Virus record (IMG/VR): IMGVR_UViG_2857089846_000001
Location: 60,154-124,153 of that record
Length of the DNA: 64,000 nt
Origin: a virus
Taxonomy: Duplodnaviria; Caudoviricetes
Direction: 5' to 3' (one strand)
The position numbers and the translations under genes are program-made. Positions 28,901 to 40,900 of the stretch are shown piece by piece; the first letter of the stretch is position 1, and every line of letters begins with the position of its first letter. A model generated the notes under the pieces. The model ran no database searches. It was given only the letters and a program-made list of their open reading frames with translations, and was not told the origin of the DNA.

Positions 28901-31900
28901 GAGCCTCGTGCTGCCGTCTTCGCCCGTCCCCGTGGCCATGACGAACCGCTTGCCCCACAACAGGTCAGCCCACGAACCCTCCCTGATCGCATGGCCCGGC
29001 TGGATCTCCTCTGGCGAGACAGCCCGGAATCCCTCGGGGAGGGTGTCCGCCCACGTCGGCCGCGGAAGGGGAGAGCCGTCATCCGCACGCACCGCGATGA
29101 AGCGGTCGGCATACCAGTCGGGGTCCGCCCGGAACTCGTGTCCGGCGTCATCGCGCAGGATCGGGTTCCCTGTGGTCTTCACGACCCGGGCGGTAACGGT
29201 CTCGCCGTCGTCATTTCGGTAATCGACGTAGTAGCCGACCTTGTAGCGGATGTTGAAGCGCCGCCGGTACTTCTCCAACTCGTACGGGGTGGCGCCGGGG
29301 CCAGGCGGCACCTGATCCCCCGTGATGATGTCGGCGGCCGGGGCGGGCACGGCCGGGCTGCCGGTGGGCTCCTCGCTCTGGGGTGCGGCGGCGCTGTCGG
29401 CGTTCGGCTGACTCTCCCGCGCTGCTCGGGCCGTGTCTTCGCCAAGCACGGCGTCGAGCTCCTCGTCCGAGGCCACGTCAAGAAGCGGCCGGCCCTGTCC
29501 GTTGCGACGCTGAACCTGCGCGGGGCCGATCTCCTGCCGCTTGCCGCCCACGCCCGGCTCGTCGCTGGTGCTGAGCACGCTGAGGACCGGCGGGTCGATC
29601 TCGGAGACGACGCCGATGTTCGGGGTGCCGTCTTCCTCCTGGAAGTCGATCTCGTCGCCCGGCTGGAAGTCGCCGAGCTCGAAGTCGCGCCGGTACTCGC
29701 CCTTCGGCGGCTGGGTGGGGTCGTCGTCCCTGACGGCGCGGAACACCCAGCCGAGGGAGCCCGGGTCGAGTACCTCGGTGGCCCGGGTCACCGCGACGTA
29801 TGCGACGCGCAGCGCCTCGTCGTCCGGGATGGTGTCCCAGTCGATGTTCCCGTCGTCGGTCTCCTCCGGGCCCGTGAAGTCGTCAGCGATGCGGACTCGC
29901 TCGGACTCTAGGCCCTTCGCCTTGTGCGCGGTGGTGACGAGCACGTCGTGCTTCTCGTGCTCGGGCACCAGGCGGCCGCGGCCCTCCTCGGTCTCGGTCT
30001 GCGGGTACACCCTGGCGAGGTGTGCGTCGATACGCTCCTTCGCCTCTTCCAGGGACAGCTTGTTGTCGACCTGGTAGTTGATCGTCCTTCCGTTCTTGGT
30101 GAAGGACTCGGTGCGCTTGCCCGCCTGGTAGTAGAAGCGCTTCGTGTTCGCGTCGTACGTGATCCGGCCGACGCCGTTGGTCCTGTGGCTGCGGAACCAC
30201 TCGCGAAGGCCTGCGGCCTCTGGGTCGTTCCAGTCCATGCGCACCCAGACGCGATCTCCAACGAGCTCCGTCTCGGCGGGGCGGGCTCCGGACGACAGGA
30301 GAAGGTCGATGTCGTCGCCGTGCTTCTCCAGCAGGGAGAACAGCGAGGCGAGCTGCTGTAGGTCGGGGTCGGTCTTGACCTCCTCCAGGATGTCGTCGTA
30401 CGCCATGCCGTTGAAGCGCGCCAGCTCGGCATGGTCAGTGTTCTCGCCGGCGGCGAGGGCGCGCGCGGCCAGCACGAACTCCTGCAGCGCCTTCACGCCG
30501 CCGGACACAGCGACGGTGCGGCCTGCGGCAAGTGACTGCACCGCCGCCAGGGCAACGCCCGCGTTGGTGCGAGCGATGACCATGGACTCCTCGCCCGGCT
30601 GCAACTGGCCGAGGTGGGAATCCTTGCGGTCGTAGCCCCTCAGTCGCATGCGGGTGCCCAGCAGCCGCAGGAACCGGTTGCCGACGTCGGCGACGGCCGG
30701 CCCGAAGCGGAACGACTGGGTGAGGGTGGCGCGGGCGTCCACGGGCAGCCGTGTCAGGGCGTCGCTCGCGCCGCGGAAGCCGTAGATGGCCTGGTTGGAG
30801 TCGCCGACCGCGACGACCTGGACGCCCTGGTCGAGAGCGGCGCGGACAACGCCCTCCATGACCGGGTTCACGTCCTGGGCCTCATCCCAGAACAGGGTGT
30901 CCGCGTCGAGCTTGTACCCGCCGAGCGCCCACTGCTTGACGATGTAGTCGAAGTCCATCGTCAGGTCTCGCTCGGGGTCGCCGGCCTCGGGGTCAGTCAG
31001 GTTCGCCCACATGCGGTCGGCGAGCGGCTTGACCGCGTTGAACAGGTCCCGTCGCTCTTCCTCGGTCTTCGCGTTGACGTGCTGCGGGCCCATCTCCGCG
31101 TCCGCGGACTTCGCCCACTGCTGGAGCATCCGCTCGGCGACCGTGGCCGCGCCGCCCGGGGACAGCTCCCGGCCACCGGCACGCACCGTGTCGTACCAGC
31201 GCATCCGGTCGGCGATCTGCTGCGCGTTGAGCTTCTTGAAACCGCCCTTCTTGTTGCTGGGCAGGCGGTCGTTCAGGCGCCGGTCGGCCACGCGCGCGGC
31301 GTACGCGTTCGCCGTGGAGGCGAGCATGTTCTTCGCGTATTCGCCACGGGCCTGCGCCTCGCGGGCCTCGGCAGCAACGCTCCTGTTGAACGCCAGGTAG
31401 ACGATCTTCTTGCCCGGCATGCGGTGGCTGAGCATCTTCAGCGTGGACGACTTGCCGGTACCGGCGAGCGCCATCACCGCCATGTTCAGGCCGCGGCGGG
31501 CCGCACCCTGGATGATGATGTCCTGCTCGTCGGTGGGCGGGTACGACTCGTTGGCCGCGGCCGCCGCGTCGATGCGCTCCCACTCCTCGTCGGAGTAGCC
31601 GCCCGGCTTGGCCGCGGGCAGGTCTTCCACCCGCGTGACAAGGTCCTCGACCTCGGCGTTGTTGAGGCCGTAGCCCTCCAGTCGGTCCCGGACCACCGAG
31701 CCGCGGGAACGCTCGACCAGCTTGCCGTTGTCGTCGTACTCAGGCTCGGGCGTCCAGCGGCGCCGCTCCTCCTCCTGGAGCTCGAACAGACGCTGCTCCA
31801 TACGGCGGCGGCGGGCCAGGTCGAGCCGGTCCGTGGAGTCGGCGAACCCGGAGAGCTCCTCCTCCAGGTCGCCGATCGCGTCGGCCAGCTGCTCGTCATC

Positions 31901-34900
31901 CATGTCCGTCGCAGAAGGCTGCGGCGTCGGGCGGCCGGCCGGTGAACTCCGCTCCGGCCGGGAACCCGCCGCCGGCTGCTGCTGCGAGTCTTCGCCCGCG
32001 GCGCGCGGGGATGCCTCCCGCGGGCGGTCCGCGGGAGCCTGGCGGCCCGAAGCGGGGGCTTCGTCTCGAGACCCCGTGCCCTGAGTGGGCGCCGGTGTGG
32101 GCGCAGACTCGGCGGGCTGTTCCTCGGTCTCGGGGGCCTTGGTGGTCGGCTCGCTGGTCTCGGACGTCGTCGTGGTGCCCGTCTCGCCCGGACTGCCGGC
32201 GCTCTCGTCGCTCGTCCCTTCCTCGGCGAGCCCGTTCAGTTCGGAGCGCACCTTGGCCGGGTCAAGGGTGACGGTGCCCTCGCCGGTCTCCGGCCCCCGC
32301 GGAGAAGCGGCCTCCCCTTCGCGCTGCTCCGCGGTGGTGCTGTCCGCGGGCTGCGAGCGGGCGCGCCGAGCCCGCTCGGTGGTGAGCCGGGCGTGCCTGT
32401 CGACAGCCGCGTCATCGGCCGTGCCCTGGTTGATGGCCTCCTCGATGCTGCTCAGCTCGCTGTCGAGTTCACTCTCGGACAGCGACGACGGGCGCGGCCG
32501 GCCGTCCTCCCGGACCGCGGCCTGCTGCGGTGCCGGCTGCTGAGCGGTCTCGGCGCGCTTCGGCTTCTCGGGGGCGGGCTTGAAGGTGCGGGCGCGCTCC
32601 TGGTCGGCGAGGGCCTTCAGGACTCGGGTCTCCTCCTCGACTTCCTTCAGCCGCTTCCTCAAGCCAGGGTCGGCCTTCTCGCCGGCCTCATGGATTCGCT
32701 CGCGGAGCTTCTTCGCCTCCTGGTGGTGCATGACCATCTCGGTGAGGGCCTGGACGCGCCGCTCGGTGGAAGCGACCTGCTCCTCGAAGGGACTCTGCCC
32801 CTCCTCCAGGTGCGACTCCGCTTCCCGCTTCGTGACGCGGGCTTGGTCGAGTTCCTTCTGCCGCTTCTCGATGTCGGCGTCGAGGGACTTGAGCAGGTTC
32901 TCCAGGGACTGGATCGCGCCGCGGCCCGACGTGTCGTTGATCTTGCGGGCCGACCAGAGGCCGCGGGTGTCCGGGGTGGCGGCGTTCGTGTACGACGGGG
33001 CGTGGTCCAGGCGCAGCCGGACCATGCGGTTGCCGTCGGCGTCGTACTCGACCTCGGCGAGGAAGTTCACGCCGCCGATCTCGCCGAGCGGGACGGTGGC
33101 GCCGTCGCGGTGCCGGGTGTCCTTGGCGATGTCAGCCATGCGCTGGCCGAGATCCTGCGCGGCGTCCGCGCGGCTGTCGTAGGAGACGCCGCCGATCGTC
33201 GCCTGGAAGTTGTCGCCGCTCACGTCCTGGCGCTGGGCCAGGGCCTCCCGCATCTCGGGCAGGGCCCGCTCCAGAGACTCGATACGGCCGTCGAGGCGGG
33301 CGATGCGGTCGCGGCGCTCCTGCTGCTGCTCGTACCAGTCGGCGTTCTGCCGCTGGAGGTCCACCAGCTCGCCCTGCGCGAGGGCACGCTCGGCGATGGC
33401 GGGGTTGCCGGAGGCGATGGCCTTGAAGGTGCCCATCGACACCGCGTCGTCGCCGATGTCCTCCATCTCGCGGGCATTGAAGTCGCGGCGCGCCATCTGG
33501 TTGATGAAGACCGCCTTGCGCTCCAGCGTGCCCAGGCGGAACTCATCGAAGGTGCCCTCGGTGATGTAGTACATGATCCGCACGTCGTCGGGCGTGCCGT
33601 CGACCCCGGGGACGTTGAGGTTGCCCTGCCGCTCGACACGGCCGTCGCGCTGCGCCATGTCGGCGGGCCGCCACGGGAACGACAGGTGGTGCAGGGCAAC
33701 GGCACGGTCCTGCACGTTGGTGCCGGTGCCCATCTTCTGCGTCGAGCCGATGAGGACGGCGATCTTGCCGTTGCGGGCCTCCTCGAACAGCTTGGCCTTG
33801 GCCTTGTCGTCCTTCGCCTCGTGGATGAAGCGGACCTTCTCCCGGGGCACACCGGCAGCGACCAGCTCGTCCCGCATGGCCTCATAGGCGTCGAACTTGA
33901 TCTTGCCGGTGGAGCCGGGGGTGCCCTCGTCAAGGAAGACGAGCTGGAGGCTGCCAGGCAGCTCCTGCGGCGTTGCGTCCTTCGTGGACACCGGGTAGAC
34001 GGTGTCCTTGTGCTCCTCGTAGATCCTGGCGATCTGCTCGGCGGCGGCCTCCAGCTTGCCGCCCTCGTGGCCGGAGCCGCCCTGTAGGCGCATGTCGATC
34101 GCGGCTCGGGAGGCGAAGCCGATGGCCTTGAGGATGCCGCCCGGCTCCCTGATCCAGTCCTCGTCCTGCAGCGATTGCACGTACCGGCGCTGCTCTACCG
34201 ACGAGGGGATGGCGATGACCTCGCCGCGGCGGCCGTTCTCGCCGGCGCGGACCGGCGGAGTGGGCAGGTTCAGGTCGGCGGCGGTCTGGATGTCGGCGAA
34301 GGTGCGGTACCCCAGCAGCAGCTCGGGGACGTTGAAGAACCTCGCGAACCGTGCCTTCTCCCGGTAGTCGCCGCTTCCGTCGGCGGCCAGCTCCAGGCTG
34401 GTGACGACCTCGCCGAACGTCGCCGCCCAGGAGTCGAAGTCGTCAATCCCCGCCTCTTCGAGGATGTGCGGGGCCAGGTAGCGCATGAGGACGTACGCCT
34501 CGGTGACGCTGTTGGCGATCGGCGTGCCGGTGGCCAGCGACGCGACCCGGCCGGAGGCGTTGTGCTCTCGCAGGTAGCCCAGCGCCATGTGGAGCTGTGT
34601 GGCCTGGCTGGAGCCGCTGATGGCGGCGCCGGGCAGGTTCGAGACGGTCCGCAGGTTCTTGTACTCGTGCGCCTCGTCCACGAACAGGTAGTCGATGCCC
34701 GTGTTCTCGAAGAAGATCCCGCGCTCGTCCTTCAGCGTCTCCAGGCGCTCCTTGAGCTTCTCCTCCTGGTTGGCGAGGGTCTGCTCCATCTGCTTGAGCG
34801 AGGGGTCGTCGCCGTCCCGGGCCTTGATCTTCTCGATCTGGGAGCGCAGGAGCGCGAGCTCCTTGTCCATGTACGCCTGCTGGGTCTTGGGCGTCATGGG

Positions 34901-37900
34901 GATGGAGTTGAAGGCGTCGTGCGTGAGGACGACCACGTCCCAGTCGCCGCCTGCGATCTTCGCGATGAACTTGCGGCGCTTCTTGTGGTGCAGGTCCTTC
35001 CGGGAGATCGCGAGAACCTTCGCGCCCGGGTAGAGCTGGACGGCCTCGCGGGAGAACTGCTCCAGCATGTGGTTGGGCACCACGATCGCCGGCTTGGACG
35101 CCAGGCCGGTGCGGCGCAGCTCCATGGCGCCGCCGACCATCGTGGCGGTCTTGCCGGCGCCCACGACGTGGCCGAGGAGGGTGGTGGGCTCTTGCGTGAT
35201 GCGTCGGATGGCCGCGTTCTGGTGCGGCCGCATCTGCCAGCCGGTCTTCACCCCGGGCAGGGTCAGCGGCGTCTCGTCGTAGTCGCGGAGGGCGATGGAG
35301 TTGAACTTGTCGTTGTAGATGCGGCCCAGGCGCTCAGCGCGCTGCTGGTCGGCCATCACCCACTTGTTGAACTCCTTGGCCATCTCCTTGGCCTTGTTGC
35401 GGGCCGCAGAGGTCGCCTTCTGGTTGACGTACGTCTTGGTGGAGCCGTCGGGGAGCTTCTGGCTCTCGGTGATGGTGATGAGCTTCTGGTGCAGCAGCGA
35501 GTCGAACAGCTCGTAGGCGTTGCGGCCCTTGACGCCCCACACGGTCCGGGCGATCTCGCCCTTGTCGCTGCCGTCCACGGCCCACCGGTTGCCGCCGAAG
35601 TGGGTCACGCTGGCGTCGGACAGGCCGAGGTGGCGCAGGAAGCCTTCGTAGACGTCGATCGGCACCCACGGTGCGCCGATCTTCACGCGGATGTCGGCGG
35701 CGCGGATGTCGCGGGGCACGACCCGCTCCAGGGCGGCGACGTTGACCGCGTACTTGGGGTCCTCGGCGGCCGCAGCGCGGGCCTCGGCGAGTTTCTGCCG
35801 TACGTTGCCCGACAGGTAGGCCGCTCGGGACTCCAGCCGGCCGGTGGCCGGGTCATCGAAGGCGAGGTCTGCGAGGGCTTCGCGGGCCGCGTCCTGGTCC
35901 ATGCCGAGCAGCCGGGCGACGGTCGGCAGCTCCAGGCGGCCGCCGTCCTGCTCCAGCGCGATTGCGACGGCGTCTTCGGGGGTGTCAGCGCGGTCGGGGA
36001 TCTCCCGGGGCTGGAGAACGCGCTCGGTGAGGATGTTCAGCTTGCGGGGGGCCTTGGCGTCCGCGTCCCACCGGTCGAGGCCGAACACCATGTGCCCGTC
36101 CGGGTCCTCTTCGAACAGCGCCAGGGCCGTGGGGAGCTTCCACTCGTCCGGTACCTCCTTGAGGCCTTCGGCCTTGCGGCGCGCCAGGGCCTCCGGGGGC
36201 GAGAACTGGCGGCGCTGGCCCGGCTTGTTCGGGGAGGGGTGCTTGCGTACGTAGGCGTCGTAGGCGCGGTTCAGAGCCGCGCGTGCCTCGCGCATCTCGT
36301 TGGTCTCGCCGGTCTGCCGGGTGGAGGCTTCCAGCTCGATGAGCCGGTTGGAGAGCCCTTTGAGTTCCAGCAGGCGGCCCAGCTGGGCGCGCTGTCCGGG
36401 GTGGACGTCGAGCTCGACCCAGTTGCCGTCCTCGACGGTCATGAACGAGTCGCCCTCGCCGCGGGCGATCGTGCCGTCGCGGGCGTCGCCGGCCAGGTTC
36501 AGTGAGAGGGCGGCGTTCTGCTGGGAGGCGTCGTAGCCCTTCCCGTCGGACTTGGCGTCGGCCGCGATCCGGCCGAGGGCGGCACGCAGGGACACGAGGG
36601 TGTTGCTGTCACCCCTGACGGTGAGGTCGTGGTCGGTGAACTGGCCCCGGCCGACCGCCAGCTGTCCGAGGATGTTCTTGGGGTTCTGCTGGAAGTAGTC
36701 GTTGACCGCGTGCTCGTGGCCGTCGATGTTCGTCTTGCTGGCCGTCAGCCAGGAGTCGTCGCCCCGGCCGTGCCTGTACTCCGACGGCTCACGGCGTCGG
36801 AACAGCAGCAGGTCGGTCACGACGTGGGTGCCGGCTGCTCGCTGGTGTGCGCCCTCGGGCAGACGCACCGCGCCCACCAGGTCGGCCATGTCGTACATGG
36901 CGCGGCGGGCCGAGTCGTCCTCGGAGTCCATGGTGTACCGGGAGGTGACCAGGGCGACGTATCCGCCCGGCCGGACCCGGGCGAGGGACTTGAGGATGAA
37001 GTGGTCGTGGATCGAGTGGTGCCGGCCGGGGTTGTCCAGGGGGTCGTGCAGCTTGTACTTGCCGAACGGCACGTTGCCGACGGCCAGGTCGAAGCTGTCG
37101 GGCGGCAGGCGCAGATCCTGGAAGGGCTGGTTGATGATCTGCGCGTCCGGATAGAGCAGCTGCGAGATCGCGGCCGAGGTCGGGTCGAGCTCGATGCCGA
37201 CCATCTCGGCGCCGTCGGGGGCGTGCCCGATGAAGTTGCCGGAGCCGGAACCCGGCTCCAGGACCCGGCCACGGCGGAATCCGAGGGAACGCAGCGCGTC
37301 CCACACCGGCTGGATGAGAGCGGCATCCGTGTAGTGGGCGTTGAGGGTGTTCTTGCGGGCTGCGGCCCATTCCTTGTCGTCCAGCAGCGCGCGGACCTCG
37401 GCGCGCTCCTCCGCGAAGGACTCCCACCGCTTCAGGGCACGGGCGTAAGCCTCGGGGTTCGGCTGCCCGTCCTCGTCGCGGAACCGCTTGTCTTGCGGGT
37501 TGGGCTTGTCGGAGAGGACGACGGGCAGCGCACCCCAGCCCGACCAGCGGGCGAGGATCTGCTGCTCCTCCTCGGTCGCCGGCCGGTTCTCCGCCTGGAT
37601 GCGGCGCAGCGTCTGGACGGCGGCGACGTTCGCCTTCGCCTTCCCCCGCTCGCCGGACGGTGCGAGGTCCTCCTGAGATCCCGGCCGGAACCGGGGGGCG
37701 TCTACGTCTGCGGCAGCGTCTCGCCCAGCTCCAGGTGCTCCGTCCCGGGCTCCTTCGGCAGGAACACTTCCTCGTTCAGCACGATCTCCGTCGCCTGATT
37801 GCGCGCCTGCATCCGCGACGCCATCACGTCCTGCGTCGTCTCCTGCGGCAGATCGCGAAGCAGCTGCTCGGCGAGATCGCCGATTCGGACGAGCACCCGG

Positions 37901-40900
37901 TTCCCGAGCGTCTCGAAGAACGCCGTCTGCTCCGCCTCGCTGCCCAGGGACTTCAGGGCTGCCGGACGGTACGTCTCCCAGTGCCTCCGGGCCTGCCTGC
38001 CGTACTTGTTCACTGCGATCTGCTCCTGTGTCGGCCGGCTGCTGGCTCGGCTGGTCGCGGGTGGGCTTGTCATCAGGCTTGCGCTCTGCGAGGCGCGCTT
38101 CGGCGCCCATGAGATTGTTGCGGGCCTCGGCGAGCTCGTTGAGCCAGTACCGCTTGGAACTCTCGTCCAGGCCGTCCTGGCGGCCGCGGATGGCCTGCTC
38201 GACCTCGGCCAGGATCTCACCGAGGTCGGCGGCGCTGTCGGCTTCGCCGTCGCGGACGGCGTCGATGAGGGCTCGGGCCCGCTCGATCTGGCCGCTGGAT
38301 GTCTCGTCGTCCTGGAGGGTGCCGCGCTGCGCGAGGATCATTTGGTCGAGGACGATGTCCAGCTCGGCGGCGGCGATGTTGCGCTGCTGCGACCGCGGCC
38401 GGTCCTCGCCGCTGGTGCTGCTGGCGCTGTCCGGGGAGGGCGTGCCCTCCGCTTCGGCACGCTCCTGGTCTGCGTCGATGGCCTCGCGGATGACGTTGCG
38501 CGCGTTGCCGATCCGCTCTCGCAGGTAGTTGCGCTCACTGGCCGGGAGCTTCCGCTGGCGCGCGGTCTCCCGGTCCAGCTCTTCGAGGGCGGAGTCGAAC
38601 TGCTTCAGCCGGTGCTGAATCTCGTCGTCGTCGGCGACCTCAGCTGCGGAGAGCATGCGGACGAGCGGCCCTCCACGTGGCGCGTCGTCCATGCTCTGGG
38701 CGGCGCCGGCCCAGGTGAACGCCTCGTTCATGGCGGCCCGGGCCGCGTCCATCCGGCTCTGCGGCTTCTCCGTCCTCTCCTCATCGCCGGTGTCGGCGGC
38801 GGCTGTCTGGGGCGAGTCCGCAGCGTCCGGCTGGGCAGCCTGCTCGGGGGCCGCGGACGCGGCCTGACGTTCGGCTTCCTCCTGGTCGCGGCGGCGGTTG
38901 TACTGGACGGCGGCGAGGCCGTCGTTCGCGCCGCGCTCGCTGTCGAACCGGCCCGCGAGGTGCCAGATCGCCTTCCCGGACCGCTGGCCGTCCTTGTCGC
39001 GGAACTCGCTGAGCTCGGTGTTCAGCCGGGGGCCGCCCCAGTCGACGGTCCGGCCGTCTTCATGGCGCAGGTTGCTGGCCAGGAACAGGGTGAACCGGTC
39101 GGCGGTGTCGCGGTCTGCGAATTTTCCGTAGGAGTGGATGCCGCGGGTGCCGAGCCCAGACAGGGAGCGGCCGGTGCCGGAGGCCCGCACCTCGAAGCGG
39201 AACTCGTCGTCGCGGTTGGTGCGCTCGATGATGGCGAACCCGCGGTGGTCGGCCAGGTGGAGCTTGATGGTGGGGTCGCTGGCGAGCCTCCGCATGACGT
39301 CGCGCTGCGATTCGGGGACGTCGTCGCTGCCGCCGCGCTTCCAGAACTCGCGCAGCTCCTCGTTGTTCTGCGGCCGGCCCCGCTCGTCCCCGAACGTCGA
39401 TGCGCCGACGTGCCCGACGGCGATGCTCGAGGCGGGGGCGCCGGACTGTTCGGCGATCTGCTGGGCTGCGCGGGCCTGCGGGGTGTCCAGCTGCTCCGGG
39501 GTGGCTGGGGCGGGCTGAGTGCGGGAGGTCGCGCTCTCCCGCTTCTTCGCCGCTCGGTCGGCAAAGGCCTGCCGGGACTCGCCGGAGAGACGGCGGGCCA
39601 GGTCCATGCCCTGAGAGGTGTTGAAGACGTCGAACGCGTTCGGGTCGTCCCAGTCGATCAGCTTGCCGTCGAGTTCCGCGGTCTCCATCCGGTTGGCGAA
39701 GTCCAGCGCTTCGGCCTTGCGCGAGGTGGTGACCATGCGCATGCCGGTGTCGTTGTGGATGACGGCCCAGCCGTACGGGCCGTCCGTGGGCTTCTTGGCG
39801 GGGAGCTTGCCGATGGTGAAGTGCCCGTTGCGGGAGAGCTGCGGCTTGTCGAGCTGGTCCATCAGCTCGGGCATGGCCGCGTTGTGCTTCTGCTGCGCAT
39901 CCTCGCTCTTGCTGAACGGCCGCAGCTGGCCACCGGCCCAGTGGGCGCGTACGTCGTCCAGGGTCTTGAAGCGCCGGTTGGGGTCCCGGCGGCGCTGCGG
40001 CTTGGCTGCCACAGCCTTCTTGGCGGGCTTGATGGCCTGCGGCTCCCACGCATTGCCGTGGGTGCGGTTCGCGCGCGGGCGAGGGATGGGCTTGTTGCCG
40101 TGGGCCTCGAAGCGGGTGTGTGCCAGCTCAAGGGCGTCGGCCAGCGTGGCGGCGGCCTCGGCGATGTCGTCCTTCCCGGCTTCCTCAGCGCGCCGGGCAA
40201 GATCGTCGGCCGATTCCGCGAGGAACGGCAGGTCGTCGATCTCGGCCGGGTTCACCTGGTCGTTCGGGTCCGCGTTGACCTGGATCGCGGAGGACAGTTC
40301 GCGGCTCAGATCCTCGTATGCGGAGCGGGCGTCATCGTCGTCCCAGTCGTCATCCCACGCCTGGTCGAGCGGCTGCATGTAGTCGCTGACGAGCTCTTCG
40401 GTGGCCGCTTGGGCATGGTCGCTGTCGGTGAACCGCCGGCGGCGCTCGTCACCCTTCGCCTTGGGCCCAGGGGCGCGGAGCGCGCTTCCCTGGCCGTGAC
40501 GGTGCCGAGCCCTGCTGCGCCCCAGGCCTCCGGAGATGGGCAGTGCGTCGAACCTGGCCGTCTGGGGGTTCTCCTCGTCGGCCTGGCCGTCCTGGAAGAC
40601 ACGGCCGCGAGGAAGTACAGGGTCATCGTCCTCGGGCTCGGGCCCTTCGCCGAGGTCTACGCCCTCGACGTCCTCCCCGATGTCCTCGCCCTCGTCGTCC
40701 TTGTCGTGCGGGTCGTCGGGGGTGTCGCCCTGGTCGCCCTCGTCGTCATCGTCAGCGCGGCCCGTGCCGCGCCGCGGGTCGGCGGTACGGCGCTCGTCCT
40801 CGTCGCGGACCTTCTTCTTGCTCTTGGTCGGCTTGCTGCCGTCGGGGCGGGCGACCATCGTCAGCCGGGAGGCGTGGACGGTGGACCTCTCGCGGGTGGC

